Notes: a model not told the origin generated them from the letters alone. 64,000 nt of DNA from an uncultured Endomicrobiia bacterium (GCA_938074745.1 CALJEJ010000004.1:1597-65596); one strand, 5' to 3'. Positions 37,184 to 48,364 are shown, counted from the first letter of the stretch. Numbers and translations are program-made.

Positions 37184-38647
37184 TTAAAATTTAACTTTAA
37201 AACCTAACATTACCGAAGGGTCTAAATAAATAAATGGTTGTAAATAATTTTTCCCTTGAAGAATAAAATTGTATAAAATATTTATTGAAATTTCATTAGT
37301 TAAGCAAAAACCTGTTTCAAACATACCAACACAACTTTTTTCTACAAAAGAATCGTAATTGATCGGTATATCATCATTACCTTCAACTGCAATTTTTAAA
37401 TATAATTTTTTAAATTCGCTATTAAACCCTAAACTATATTTAAATCGTGGATAAAATAATATATTTTCAGCATTTATAAGATATTCTGAACCACCATAAA
37501 ACTTTAGTGCCTCTAACGTAAAAATTGGAATCATAAAATTTATATATAATGAACTTATTTTTACTTTTTGTATACTATAAGGTATTAAATTTTGACTATT
37601 CACAATATACGTCGGGAAAAAATTGTAATCTAAATTTTTCCATCCAACAGTAAACTCTAACTTTTTTTCTTTGTAAGAGAAGGTTATAGTATAACCATTA
37701 CTATAAGATAATTCTGTCGTGACATTTTTATTAATCTCTATTTTGGGATACATGATAAAATAATTTTTAACATATTCATGAAACAACTTTTTTTCTAAAC
37801 TTAAGCCAAACTTAATTTTAGAAATGTTCTGTTGTGCTATTATACTGTAATAAAAATTTTCTTTATAAAGTAAACTGGTATCTATTGGAATTAATAGTCT
37901 AATCCTAAAACTGTTATTGCCAAATAACAAATTTTTTAATCTACAGGTTACACCATAAAGATTCACCGTTTGAGTGTCTAACAATACAGAATTTATCACA
38001 AAAGCAAAATAAGAGTTATAATACGGTATAAACGCCACTCCAGCATCTTGAAAAAGATAAACATAATTAAATCCTGAACTAAGTTTATTAATAAAATTTA
38101 TTTCAGGACGATAAAACAACTCTATTTTTTCTCCACTAAAAGTGTTTAACTGCAGACTAATATTACATCTATTTGTGTCAGTATCAAAAATATAAGAATA
38201 TATACCAGCGTCAATACTAAAAACTGTTTTGTTAAAAATTTTAGAATATGAACCAGCACAGTCTAACTTTGTTAAAATTTTGTCTTCTTGATTAAATTTT
38301 ACATTTTTAGTATCAGCAAGGAAAGATAAATTAAATTTTTTCCCGGGGAAGATTCTTTGTGAACTTATACCGGTAGAAAAAATGTTATTTCCTAAAAAAA
38401 TGTGTGTGTTAACAGGAGTAACGGTAGGTAAAGACAGAATATATTGTGTTATATCATACTTTTTTATTTCTGCAGAAACAGTTTCAGGAGAATAAATTTC
38501 AAAATCTTCATATTCAACATTTGGTGTTTCTATAATTTTTTGTTCTTGATAAAACTCCCAATATAATGGTTCTTCTATTTGTGTATTTTCACAAAATGTT
38601 GTTTGGGATAAAAGTAGTAAAATAAATAACACTATATTTGTTTTCAC
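37184..38647 (-). CDS. Putative outer-membrane beta-barrel protein (signal peptide, C-terminal Phe)
   Basis: MKTNIVLFILLLLSQTTFC signal; alternating amphipathic strands; terminal ...GFKVKF. Confidence 0.45.
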   Translation of the reverse strand: MKTNIVLFILLLLSQTTFCENTQIEEPLYWEFYQEQKIIETPNVEYEDFEIYSPETVSAEIKKYDITQYILSLPTVTPVNTHIFLGNNIFSTGISSQRIFPGKKFNLSFLADTKNVKFNQEDKILTKLDCAGSYSKIFNKTVFSIDAGIYSYIFDTDTNRCNISLQLNTFSGEKIELFYRPEINFINKLSSGFNYVYLFQDAGVAFIPYYNSYFAFVINSVLLDTQTVNLYGVTCRLKNLLFGNNSFRIRLLIPIDTSLLYKENFYYSIIAQQNISKIKFGLSLEKKLFHEYVKNYFIMYPKIEINKNVTTELSYSNGYTITFSYKEKKLEFTVGWKNLDYNFFPTYIVNSQNLIPYSIQKVKISSLYINFMIPIFTLEALKFYGGSEYLINAENILFYPRFKYSLGFNSEFKKLYLKIAVEGNDDIPINYDSFVEKSCVGMFETGFCLTNEISINILYNFILQGKNYLQPFIYLDPSVMLGFKVKF

Positions 38648-38653
38648 AATACT

Positions 38654-41467
38654 TCATTTTAAATTTTTTAACTTGAAAGCTGACTCTTCAGCCCAAAGTG
38701 TCCCTGGATAGTTTTTTATAGAGTTAGTATATGCTTTTTTTGCTTCGTCATAAAGTTTCATTTGTTCACAACACAAACCTACCATAAACTGTGCTTCAGC
38801 ACAAAGTTGAGTATATTGGGGATACATATATATGGTCTTTAAATATTCTACTGATGCTTCTTTATATTTACCAAGATTATAATAACAATCACCTAACTTT
38901 TTTTGTGCCATTGCTTGCAGTTCTACATCTTGACTGTTAGTCACGTAAGCGTAGCGTTTTATTGCTTCATTAAAATTTTTTTGTGTTTGAAATTTTACTG
39001 CTGTGTCATAGAAATACCTGCCCACCTCAGGTAGAGAAATATATTTTGTTACAAGAATATTTTCTATTTCAGAGACAAGTTCTAGCCTGTTTTGAGAAGT
39101 ATATATTTTTAACAATGATATGTATACTTTAGCTAACAGTTCAACTTGAGGATATTTCTCTATTATCTTTTTATATACATTTTCTGCAATGGAAAATTTT
39201 TGATTAAATTCGTATATTTTACCCACTAAATATTCAGAATATGCAGAAACGTAATTGTCTGAAAATTTTTGTTTTATTATTGAAACAAGCCGTAATAAAG
39301 ATTCTGTACGGTTAGACACTACGGGAATTTCTATTATCTTATTTACAATTTCTATAATTTCTTTTGGATATAACATTTCACTCTTTATGATAATTTCTGC
39401 TACATCTATTGCTGTGTCCATATCATAACTTAACAATATATTAAAAGTATTAAAAATTTCTTCTTTAGACAAAAAAGTTAACATTGTGTCATCTTTTATT
39501 TCTTTGAGTCTCTTACTGTAGTGTTTAATTTTTCGTTCATCATTAAGTTCTGAATAAACTTTCAATAAATAATATATCGCCACCATCTTTTGTGACGTTT
39601 TTTTGTAAACAGATAAAATATTATCACATCTTTTTATTATTTCGTCAAATTTTTTTGAAGTATATAATAAGTTTAAAATTTTTTGTTCTATTAAAAATTT
39701 TTTATCCATATCTTCCGTTATACTAGACCACAAAGTTAAATACTTTATTGCTTCATTATAATTACCTTCTATACTATAAACCCGTGCTAAGGAAGATAAA
39801 ATAAATTTTTTTTCATCTTTTGAAATTTCGTTGGTTAACAGTCTCTCAGCGATCTTTTTAACTTCATCGTAATTTTTTTTGTTATAGTTTAAAACAAAAC
39901 TTAACATTTCAGCAGAATTCTTCGTTTTGGAATTTTTTGTTGTAGATAAAACTTTATTGATTAACTTTTCTGCTTCTTCATATTTAGCAGTTCTTATATA
40001 TACCTCTGCAAGTGAAAGTTCTATATCAGAATTTTCTATCCGAGTATCTTTGTAATTTTCTAATGCCTGTGTATAATACTGTTGAGCAATTTCTAAATCA
40101 AAAGTTGATTTATAACATTCTGCTAATTCTAATAATATATATAACTTAAGTTTTTGTGCAGAAGATTTTTCCAACAAACTTGTCAATATTTTTTTTGCAA
40201 TCTCATATTCTTTAATTTTGCGATAACATCGCGCTATAAAAAATTCTGAAGGGATTGAATATATAGAACTTTTTTCTTTTACTATATTTTTGAACAAACT
40301 TATTGCATTGTCATAATTTTCAGTATTCATATAACTTAATGCGAGCCAGTAATTGACATCTGTAGAAAGGTTATATTTACGGCCATATTTGGATATTAAT
40401 TTCGTAAATATTTCTATTACTTTATTATAATTTTCCAAGTTGTAATGACATAAACCTAATAAATACAGCGAATTTGCTATCAACTTAGGTTCGTCACATT
40501 TCAAAGAAGACAGAATTTCTATACAACCTGTATAATCTTTGGTTTTAAAATAACAAAAACCTAAATCAAATTTTATCTGAGATATTAATATCTCGTCTTG
40601 GACAGTAGTAAGTAATTGTTTATACAATTTTATTGCAGAAGAATATTTTGCTTGTTTAAGCAACATCCTTGCCAAATTATATTTTATTACAATTTCAACA
40701 TCTTTTGAAACTTTTTGTAAAGGGATATCTTTTAACATAGCTTCAGATGAAGCATATTTTTTTTGTTCATTAAAAATTTCTACCAACCTGAGGTTTGCGT
40801 AAGGTAAATATTCACTATTTTTGTATATAGAGACAAATTTTTTAAATTCTCGTTCTGCATCTTTAAAACATGATTTTTTGTACCACGACTCTGCTAGGAT
40901 ATAAGCCAGTTGTTCCTCTATTTCATAAGGTAAATAACATTTTTTTTCTTTAATATACTGTTTCAACAATGCAATATTTGTCAAGACAGAATTGTATTTT
41001 TCAATTTTAAACTGGGCAAAAATTTTACCATATAAAATTAACGGTCTTAACTTTAAATCTTCTACATCTTCTATTTCAGAATATACTTTTTCTGCAGTAA
41101 GATAGTCTTCTAAAAATAAACAGTTTTCAGCATATAAAAATTTTATAAATTTTTTCCCCTCTAAAGAATATTCTTCAAAATATTTATTAAAAATTTCTTC
41201 ATAACACTGTTTTGCAAGATTATACTTTTTTTGTAAAAAATAAGTATTGGCCAAAAATAATAATGTGCTGTTATTTTCTTTTTCTATATAAGATTTTTTA
41301 AACATCTTTTCTGCTATATCATAATTTTGTGAAACCATCGCAGAAAGTCCTAAAGTAAAATAAAAATCATTTTCTTGACTAAATGATACTTCGTTGCTTC
41401 CTTTTACTATATGTACACAGGATAAAATTAATATTAAAATAAGTATTTGCTTCATTAATATGTTCAT
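38654..41467 (-). CDS. Large secreted TPR-repeat protein (937 aa)
   Basis: Signal peptide then >15 recognisable TPR-like 34-residue repeats (A..Y...A...Y pattern). Confidence 0.7.
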   Translation of the reverse strand: MNILMKQILILILILSCVHIVKGSNEVSFSQENDFYFTLGLSAMVSQNYDIAEKMFKKSYIEKENNSTLLFLANTYFLQKKYNLAKQCYEEIFNKYFEEYSLEGKKFIKFLYAENCLFLEDYLTAEKVYSEIEDVEDLKLRPLILYGKIFAQFKIEKYNSVLTNIALLKQYIKEKKCYLPYEIEEQLAYILAESWYKKSCFKDAEREFKKFVSIYKNSEYLPYANLRLVEIFNEQKKYASSEAMLKDIPLQKVSKDVEIVIKYNLARMLLKQAKYSSAIKLYKQLLTTVQDEILISQIKFDLGFCYFKTKDYTGCIEILSSLKCDEPKLIANSLYLLGLCHYNLENYNKVIEIFTKLISKYGRKYNLSTDVNYWLALSYMNTENYDNAISLFKNIVKEKSSIYSIPSEFFIARCYRKIKEYEIAKKILTSLLEKSSAQKLKLYILLELAECYKSTFDLEIAQQYYTQALENYKDTRIENSDIELSLAEVYIRTAKYEEAEKLINKVLSTTKNSKTKNSAEMLSFVLNYNKKNYDEVKKIAERLLTNEISKDEKKFILSSLARVYSIEGNYNEAIKYLTLWSSITEDMDKKFLIEQKILNLLYTSKKFDEIIKRCDNILSVYKKTSQKMVAIYYLLKVYSELNDERKIKHYSKRLKEIKDDTMLTFLSKEEIFNTFNILLSYDMDTAIDVAEIIIKSEMLYPKEIIEIVNKIIEIPVVSNRTESLLRLVSIIKQKFSDNYVSAYSEYLVGKIYEFNQKFSIAENVYKKIIEKYPQVELLAKVYISLLKIYTSQNRLELVSEIENILVTKYISLPEVGRYFYDTAVKFQTQKNFNEAIKRYAYVTNSQDVELQAMAQKKLGDCYYNLGKYKEASVEYLKTIYMYPQYTQLCAEAQFMVGLCCEQMKLYDEAKKAYTNSIKNYPGTLWAEESAFKLKNLK

Positions 41468-41474
41468 AAAAATT

Positions 41475-42743
41475 TTATTCTATTTTATTAATTTTTTCTA
41501 CTAAAAAATTTATTTCAACCACCTCTTGTCTGTTGTTAGAAAAATCTTTTAAAACAACTTTATTTTGTGTAATTTCTTCTCCTATAATTACTACATATTT
41601 ACATTGTTCATTATTAAACAACCGTAGTTGCGATTTCAAACTTTTTTTACACAACGGTCCTATCACTATGTATTTACTATTATTTTGAGTTAACATATCC
41701 GCTATTTCAAACCCTTTAGAAACATATTCGTCAGAAACTGTACCAATACCTATTTTTATAATGTCGGTTTTACTACCTTTTGGAATTGTAACTAATTCCA
41801 TCATTCTGTCAATACCGAATGCACAACCACAGGCTAATGTATCTTCAGCACCAAAAGTTTTTATCAAAGTATCGTAACGTCCTCCTGCACAAATAGTATT
41901 TTGTGTTGAACTTAACGAATGAACTTTGTACTCGAACACAAAATTTGTATAATAATCAAGTCCACGAACTAAAAATTTATCTTCTTTATACTCAATATTT
42001 TGTTTATTTAATAATTGTTTAATTTCTTCATAATTTGTTTTACATTGCTCACATAGATAATTTGTTATCTGTGGTATGTTAACAATTTTGTCAGTGTCAA
42101 TTTTACAATCTAAAATTCGTAATGGGTTTCGTTGTAACCTTATTTTACAATCATTACATAGAGATTGTTTTATACTGTTTAAATACTTAACAAGTTCCGT
42201 AGTATATTGAGGACGACATCTATCACATCCTACACTATTTATATATAAAACACCGTTGATGCCAACTTTATTAAAAACTTCTAAAATTATTTTTATCAAC
42301 AAAATGTCGCTTGATGGTGACGGCTCGTTAAAAATTTCTATCCCGAACTGATAAAATTCTCTGTATCTACCCTTTTGTGGCCGTTCGTATCTATACATAG
42401 GACCGAAATAAAAGAACCGTTTCAACGGAAAGATGTTCTTTAAATTATGTTCTATATACGCTCGGACAACGCCTGCTGTACCTTCAGGCCGAAGAACAAA
42501 TTTTCTTCCTTTAGTATCAACAATTTCATACATCTGTTTTTCTACAATATCTGTTGTTTCGCCAATACTTCGTTGATATAACTGTTTATCTTCAAAAGTA
42601 GGCAAAATTATTTCTTGAAAATTATATTTACTTACAACTTCACGACAACATCTTTCAATATACCTTAATTTTTTAACCTCGTGTAAAAAAATATCTCTTG
42701 TTCCTCGCACAGAGACAAATTTTACCATATTTTGGATCACCAA
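41475..42743 (-). CDS. hisS: Histidine--tRNA ligase
   Basis: Class II aaRS motifs: LRPEGTA (motif 2 region), CAGGRYD (motif 3), C-terminal anticodon-binding domain; 422 aa. Confidence 0.85.
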   Translation of the reverse strand: MVIQNMVKFVSVRGTRDIFLHEVKKLRYIERCCREVVSKYNFQEIILPTFEDKQLYQRSIGETTDIVEKQMYEIVDTKGRKFVLRPEGTAGVVRAYIEHNLKNIFPLKRFFYFGPMYRYERPQKGRYREFYQFGIEIFNEPSPSSDILLIKIILEVFNKVGINGVLYINSVGCDRCRPQYTTELVKYLNSIKQSLCNDCKIRLQRNPLRILDCKIDTDKIVNIPQITNYLCEQCKTNYEEIKQLLNKQNIEYKEDKFLVRGLDYYTNFVFEYKVHSLSSTQNTICAGGRYDTLIKTFGAEDTLACGCAFGIDRMMELVTIPKGSKTDIIKIGIGTVSDEYVSKGFEIADMLTQNNSKYIVIGPLCKKSLKSQLRLFNNEQCKYVVIIGEEITQNKVVLKDFSNNRQEVVEINFLVEKINKIE

Positions 42744-43600
42744 TCTTCAAGCAATATTTTTGCTCTTTTATAAGCCTCTATTAAACTTTCTTTTATATCT
42801 TTACCATTTATTGGTGTAAGAATTTCTAACATAAATGGGTTCTGATAATTTACACTATGTAAAATTTCATATACACGATGCCATTTTATATTCCCTTCGC
42901 CTAATACAAGATGGTTATCTGTTTTGTTGTCTGTGTCAGAAATGTGTAAAGAAATAATATGGTGTTTCATTTGTTCCATCATATTATACAAAATATTTTT
43001 CTCGTTGAACAATTCTGCGTGACCTGTGTCAAAACATATTCCAACAATATCAGGATTTGTAGAAGTTATAAGGTCTAACAATTCATTAGGATAACTAAAC
43101 ATAATATGTGGCAACTGGTTCTCTAAAGCAATTTTTATATTTAACCGATTTTTTATAATAAACTCTACAAATTCATTAATAGCGTACTTTGCAGCAGTGA
43201 GTCGTTCAAAATATTCTTGAGATGAAAGATGTCTTCTGCTTGTATCAGGTTTTGTTGCAGGATGAACCACTACTACTTTTGCATTAAACTCTTCAGCAAC
43301 AAAAAATATCTCTTTAATATCTTCAATTACTTTTTTTTGTTTTTCTATTTCAGGAGAAGAAATGTCGTATTCGTAAGAAAACGGTGCATGGATTGAATAA
43401 ACAGTTATACCGAGAGTAGTCAAAAGATGTTTAATTTTCTGAATTTCTGTTTTATCCTTCCAGTTAAAATGCAACTTTTTGCCATAGAACACTGTCCACA
43501 GTTCTACAATTTTTATTGGTGTAGAACTTACAATATCTAATGCTGAATAAACATCTATACCTAACCTATCAGCAAAACCTGTAGAAACGCCTATTTGCAT
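42737..43600 (-). CDS. Sugar phosphate isomerase/epimerase (xylose-isomerase-like TIM barrel / AP endonuclease family 2)
   Basis: ALEN, DTGH and LHISD metal-binding motifs of the family; 7-nt overlap with hisS start. Confidence 0.65.
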   Translation of the reverse strand: MQIGVSTGFADRLGIDVYSALDIVSSTPIKIVELWTVFYGKKLHFNWKDKTEIQKIKHLLTTLGITVYSIHAPFSYEYDISSPEIEKQKKVIEDIKEIFFVAEEFNAKVVVVHPATKPDTSRRHLSSQEYFERLTAAKYAINEFVEFIIKNRLNIKIALENQLPHIMFSYPNELLDLITSTNPDIVGICFDTGHAELFNEKNILYNMMEQMKHHIISLHISDTDNKTDNHLVLGEGNIKWHRVYEILHSVNYQNPFMLEILTPINGKDIKESLIEAYKRAKILLEDW

Positions 43601-43735
43601 AACTTTTTTGTTATATCAAAAAATTTTTTATTTTTCAATTATTGTAGGAATATAATTTTAATTTACGAACACAAATTCTTAATCGTTATTTCTAAAATGA
43701 AAGTTGGGTTATAAAATTCAAGATTTTTATTGTGA

Positions 43736-43765
43736 TTGAAATTAAAAAAAGAAATAATGTATATT
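43736..43765 (+). promoter_or_regulatory. Candidate sigma70-type promoter for tRNA-Ser (TTGAAA-18 nt-TATATT)
   Basis: -35 TTGAAA at 43736-43741, 18-nt spacer, -10 TATATT at 43760-43765, 9 nt before tRNA 5' end. Confidence 0.35.
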
Positions 43766-43774
43766 CAATTTTAT

Positions 43775-43863
43775 GGAGGGGTGCCCGAGCGGTTTATGGG
43801 GCTGGTCTTGAAAACCAGTGTGGCTTTTAATAGTCACCGTGGGTTCGAATCCCACCCCCTCCG
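43775..43863 (+). tRNA. tRNA-Ser (anticodon TGA), long variable arm
   Basis: Acceptor GGAGGGG/CCCCTCC, anticodon stem CTGGT/ACCAG with loop CTTGAAA, long extra arm, T-arm GTGGG-TTCGAAT-CCCAC, discriminator G. Confidence 0.85.
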
Positions 43864-43869
43864 AAATAC

Positions 43870-44415
43870 TTATACAAAACTTTCGGGGATGGTATAACCA
43901 CAATTTTTAAGTATACGGAAAAGTTCTTTACGTTTTTGGCTATATTTATCGTCAAAAATTTCGCTACAGGAAAAAACGCTCTTCTGTTCAGACAAAATTT
44001 TTACTGCGAAGGCAATACAGGTAAGTTCACCACATTTTTTACAGTTTGTTTGAGGAAGTAACTTATAAATTTCTAACGCGGTAAGTTGGTTTCTTCGTTC
44101 AAACAACGGTTCTATTTTATTCTTATTCTCGTACACATAATTAATTTTTTCTTTTAACCAATCACAAATTTTTTCTGCAGTAGCAACATCTTTTACCTGT
44201 CCTGCAGCAATTTCTTTTGGGTGAAGTGTTACAAGTCCATCTTTTTTTATAGTTAACGTGTGTCCGTAAGGATTGTATATAGCAGAATCAATTATTCGGT
44301 TAAGATATGGCATAAGTTCTGTTATATCATTGTCAAGTTCTGCGTGGAAACGTATTTTTGTTTGGTCAGCTAAACAGGGGAGTATTGTTTTTATTGTAAT
44401 TTTTTTTATATACAT
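43870..44415 (-). CDS. Fe-S cluster domain protein (CdhE/AcsC-N-terminal-type 'LPxTNCxxCGxxTCxAFA' motif)
   Basis: LPQTNCKKCGELTCIAFAVKI matches the putative Fe-S domain found at the N-terminus of corrinoid Fe-S protein large subunits; rest of protein unassigned. Confidence 0.45.
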   Translation of the reverse strand: MYIKKITIKTILPCLADQTKIRFHAELDNDITELMPYLNRIIDSAIYNPYGHTLTIKKDGLVTLHPKEIAAGQVKDVATAEKICDWLKEKINYVYENKNKIEPLFERRNQLTALEIYKLLPQTNCKKCGELTCIAFAVKILSEQKSVFSCSEIFDDKYSQKRKELFRILKNCGYTIPESFV

Positions 44416-44484
44416 TGTTTACCTACCAATTTTTAGTATTAAATTTTCTACAAAATTATATTTGTTTAATCAACTTTTCAATTT

Positions 44485-45255
44485 ATGTACAATACTATGC
44501 TAACACAAGAAATATTAAAAGTTAAAAATTTAACAAAACGTTTTGGCAATTTTTTAGCAGTAGACAATGTATCATTTTCAGTCAACCAAAAAGAAATCGT
44601 AGGGTTGTTAGGTCCTAATGGTGCTGGAAAAACTACTATAATCAATATGATTTTAGGTGTATTAGAACCTACTACAGGTGTAATTGAAATTCAAAATAAA
44701 CAATTAAACAAAAATAGAACTTTAGTGGTTGAAAAAATGAATTTTGCAGCTACTTACTCACATATGCCTGGTAATCTTACTGTATGGCAAAACCTTTATG
44801 TTTTTGGATTACTTTATGGGATTAAAAATTTACGTCATAAAATAAATTCGTTATTACACGAGTTTGAATTAGAAAAATTTAAAAACAAAAAGACTGGTTT
44901 GTTATCTTCAGGAGAACTTGCAAGATTAAATTTAGCCAAGGTTTTTCTTAACGACCCTATATTAATTTTATTAGATGAACCTACTGCATCGTTAGACCCT
45001 ACTGTGGCAAAAGAAATAAGAAGCAAAATTTCTTTAGTGGTTAAAGAAAAGAATATCGCTGTGTTATGGACTTCACATAATATGACGGAAATTGAACAAG
45101 TTTGTGATAGAGTTTTATTTTTATCCCATGGGAAAATTATAATTTCTGGCGAACCAAAACAATTGCTTACTATCTACAACAAAAAAAATTTAGAAGAACT
45201 TTTTATTTTTTTAACTAAAGAACAGTATCTTTTTGACAAAGATCCTGAGAATTAA
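44485..45255 (+). CDS. ABC transporter ATP-binding protein
   Basis: Walker A GLLGPNGAGKTT, signature LSSGE, Walker B ILLDEPTASLD, H-loop. Confidence 0.85.
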   Translation: MYNTMLTQEILKVKNLTKRFGNFLAVDNVSFSVNQKEIVGLLGPNGAGKTTIINMILGVLEPTTGVIEIQNKQLNKNRTLVVEKMNFAATYSHMPGNLTVWQNLYVFGLLYGIKNLRHKINSLLHEFELEKFKNKKTGLLSSGELARLNLAKVFLNDPILILLDEPTASLDPTVAKEIRSKISLVVKEKNIAVLWTSHNMTEIEQVCDRVLFLSHGKIIISGEPKQLLTIYNKKNLEELFIFLTKEQYLFDKDPEN

Positions 45256-45258
45256 AAC

Positions 45259-46068
45259 ATGAACATAAAACGTATATTAGCAATTTTTGTCCGACAGGTA
45301 TTTCTTTATCAAACAAATCCTATAAGATTGACTGCTATATTTTTGTGGCCATTTTTAGAAATTCTTCAATGGGGATTCATTACAAAATATTTATCTAAAC
45401 TAGGTGAAACAAATTTTTCATTTACAACAGTAGTTTTAGGGACAGTAATTTTGTTTGAATTTATGACACGAGTAGATACAAGTATTATGACAACATTTTT
45501 AGAAGATATTTGGTCAAATAATCTTTTGAATTTGTTCTCTACACCTATTAGAATTAGTGAGTATTTATCTGGGATGGTGTTGACAAGTATTGTGATAGGA
45601 AGTGTTAATTTAATTTTTGTAAGTATTTTAGCAGGATTGGTTTTTAGATATAATATTGTAAAGATAGGTGTTATAGTATGGTTTTCACTTACGATATTAT
45701 TAATATTTGGGATTTCGTTAGGAATTTTCACTACAGCAATTATTTTTAAACACGGACCTGCAGCAGAATGGCTTGGTTGGCCTTTACCATTTGTGCTTTC
45801 TGTATTTTCAGGCGTGTTTTATCCTATAAAAACTTTACCTCCAAGTTTACAAAACGTATCTAAAATCTTACCAAGCAGTTATGTGTTTGAAAGTTTAAGA
45901 GAATGTATTATAAACAATTCTTTATATACAAAATTAATTATTCAGAACCTGATGTTGAGTTTGTTGTTGTCTATAATTTTCCTTTTTATAAGTTTTATAT
46001 TTTTCTTAAAAATTTATAAAACCAATTTAATTTCAGGTTCTATTGCTCGGTTTTCTGCTTATGAATAG
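45259..46068 (+). CDS. ABC-2 type transporter permease
   Basis: 269 aa, 6 predicted TM; immediately follows ATPase (3-nt gap). Confidence 0.7.
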   Translation: MNIKRILAIFVRQVFLYQTNPIRLTAIFLWPFLEILQWGFITKYLSKLGETNFSFTTVVLGTVILFEFMTRVDTSIMTTFLEDIWSNNLLNLFSTPIRISEYLSGMVLTSIVIGSVNLIFVSILAGLVFRYNIVKIGVIVWFSLTILLIFGISLGIFTTAIIFKHGPAAEWLGWPLPFVLSVFSGVFYPIKTLPPSLQNVSKILPSSYVFESLRECIINNSLYTKLIIQNLMLSLLLSIIFLFISFIFFLKIYKTNLISGSIARFSAYE

Positions 46069-46087
46069 GTTTTTTTGTAAATAAGAT

Positions 46088-47560
46088 TTACTTTAGTATT
46101 CGTCCTTCTATAAAAATTTTTATAGGTGAGTTTGTTTTAATATATTCTTCTACTGCGGCCCGTAACAACTTGTTTGTGTCTTTTATATCTTTCCCCTCTT
46201 TAAACATTACATACCCATCACCACCAACAGCAACAAAATTGTTCGTTGCAACAGTATAAAATTTTTCTTCTTTTAACTGTTGACCATTCACTAATATGTA
46301 GACAATTTTTTCTCCATAAGGTTTTGTCATATCATATTTTACTTTTATACCTGAAACTTGCATTAAAGTAGTTTTTCCACAAACAGAAAATTCCAATATT
46401 TCTTTAATTTTTTTACCTGAAAGTTTCATTGTTACAATTGTGTTATCAAAAGGAAGAACATTGTAAATGTCTCTACGAGTAATTTTACCTTTAGATATTT
46501 CAGCTCTGATTCCGCCAGAGTTTTGGAATGCAATTTCACAATTTGTCAGTTTCCTCATTATATCAGTGATTAGATTTCCGAGATTAGACTCTTCATCTTT
46601 TTTAATTTTTAAATCCACTTCTGTTACTCCGACAGGTTTGTCTAATTCTTTAGCAACAATTTCAGTATACCGCTTAAGAATTTTTTGTACAACTTCATCC
46701 ACACCCCAAATTTTATCATCAAGAGGAATAAGTTTGTTTTTATATCTTACTACTTTATTATTTTTTATCCACAACTTAAGATAGCCGACAGTTCTACCTT
46801 TGCCATTTGTTTGACATATAATAGTTTTATATTTTCGTGATACAAAAGGTTTTTTAACTGCTGTATGTGAATGTCCACCTATAATAACATCAATTTCAGG
46901 AACTTTTTCAGCAAGAATTTTATCGTTTTCAAACCCGATATGTGTAAGACCAACGATTATATCTACAGCAAGTTTTTTTAATTCATCAACACAAGCTTTA
47001 GCAGAAAAAATTTCATTTCCAAAACTAAACTTTTCAACTGCTTTCTTAAATACAATATCGCTTGTTCTTTCAGAAGTTATTCCGAAAATACCAACTTTTA
47101 CTCCACAAACTTTTTTAATTATAAATGGATGTAAATATTTAACTTTTACACCATTTTTATACCAAACATTACTTCCGAGGAACGGAAAATTTGCGTTTTT
47201 GACAAGGTTTAAAAGAACTTCTTCGCCTTGGTCAAACTCGTGGTTTCCCACAGTGACTGCATCATATCTTAAATAATTAAACACTTCAAGAACATACATT
47301 CCTCTGGAGAGATCACCTTCAGGCGTACCTTGAAAAAAATCGCCCGAGTCAAGTAGTAAACTACAATTTTTTATTTTTTTTCTTTGTTGGTTAAGGTAAG
47401 AAGATAACACCGGCAAGTTCAAACTACCATGTAAATCGTTCGTATAAAATATAACCAATTTCTTTGTTCCAAAAATATAATATAGTGAATGGACTAAAAA
47501 AAGTGTAATTCCTAAAAATAGGATTAAAATTTTGAGAACAAAAAATTTTTTGTTAATCAT
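46088..47560 (-). CDS. Secreted 5'-nucleotidase / calcineurin-like metallophosphatase (UshA family)
   Basis: Signal/TM N-terminus, DLHG, GNHEFD metallophosphatase motifs, C-terminal 5'-nucleotidase substrate domain. Confidence 0.75.
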   Translation of the reverse strand: MINKKFFVLKILILFLGITLFLVHSLYYIFGTKKLVIFYTNDLHGSLNLPVLSSYLNQQRKKIKNCSLLLDSGDFFQGTPEGDLSRGMYVLEVFNYLRYDAVTVGNHEFDQGEEVLLNLVKNANFPFLGSNVWYKNGVKVKYLHPFIIKKVCGVKVGIFGITSERTSDIVFKKAVEKFSFGNEIFSAKACVDELKKLAVDIIVGLTHIGFENDKILAEKVPEIDVIIGGHSHTAVKKPFVSRKYKTIICQTNGKGRTVGYLKLWIKNNKVVRYKNKLIPLDDKIWGVDEVVQKILKRYTEIVAKELDKPVGVTEVDLKIKKDEESNLGNLITDIMRKLTNCEIAFQNSGGIRAEISKGKITRRDIYNVLPFDNTIVTMKLSGKKIKEILEFSVCGKTTLMQVSGIKVKYDMTKPYGEKIVYILVNGQQLKEEKFYTVATNNFVAVGGDGYVMFKEGKDIKDTNKLLRAAVEEYIKTNSPIKIFIEGRILK

Positions 47561-47575
47561 TATTATGGCGAGAAA

Positions 47576-48238
47576 TTACTTCTTTAATTTGTTCCAATCA
47601 TCTAAAAATTTTTGTACCCCTTTGGTAGTAAGTTCATGAGTTATCATTTCAGAGATAAGTTTGAAAGGTATAGTAACTGCGTCTGCAGCATATTCTGCTG
47701 ATTTTATTATATGATTAATATTTCGTACCGACGCTACAATAACTTTTGTTTTAATATTATAATTTTTGTAAATCGTCATAATATCTCTGACAAGGTCGGT
47801 ACCTGTCTGACCAATATCGTCTAATCTACCTACAAAAGGACAAATATAATCTACACCTAAAGATGCTGCAACAATTGCTTGAGGGACAGAAAAAATTAAT
47901 GTTAATGCAGTTCTTATTTTTCTTTCTTTAAGAGCTTTTACAGCCATAAGTCCTTCTGTAGTAATTGGTATTTTAGCAACAATTTGTGGTGACACTTCAG
48001 ATAATTCTATACTTTCCTGTAAAATACTTTCATAATCTGTGCTAACAGGTTCTGCAAGAACATCTATTTCTTTAGAAATTTTACAAATTTCAGACAAAAC
48101 TTTTTTTTGTTCAGAAAGGGATTGTGATGAAAGTTGTTTCGCTATTAAAGTAGGGTTAGTTGTTACACCGGCAATTAAACCTAAATCATAGGCTTTTTTT
48201 ATTTCCTCAATGTTTGCAGAGTCAAGAAATAGTTTCAT
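47576..48238 (-). CDS. Transaldolase (short Fsa/TalC type)
   Basis: MKLFLDSANIEEIKKAYDLGLIAGVTTNPTLI N-terminus with Schiff-base Lys region; ~220 aa from internal Met. Confidence 0.8.
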   Translation of the reverse strand: MKLFLDSANIEEIKKAYDLGLIAGVTTNPTLIAKQLSSQSLSEQKKVLSEICKISKEIDVLAEPVSTDYESILQESIELSEVSPQIVAKIPITTEGLMAVKALKERKIRTALTLIFSVPQAIVAASLGVDYICPFVGRLDDIGQTGTDLVRDIMTIYKNYNIKTKVIVASVRNINHIIKSAEYAADAVTIPFKLISEMITHELTTKGVQKFLDDWNKLKK

Positions 48239-48364
48239 TGTGTTATTTCTCCTTGTATAGATTTTATTAGAATAACGATTTACATTTTTTGTTGGCAAGT
48301 TATATATAAAAAAATTTTTTTGTTTTCAATTTATATTCTATAACTCAAAAAGTAGGCGGGTTGG

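Noticed and set aside
43861-43886. CCGAAA...TTTCGG inverted repeat immediately after tRNA-Ser, overlapping the stop of the convergent Fe-S protein gene; possible bidirectional terminator
   Set aside because: Only a 6-bp stem with a 14-nt loop and no clear U-tract; too weak to call.
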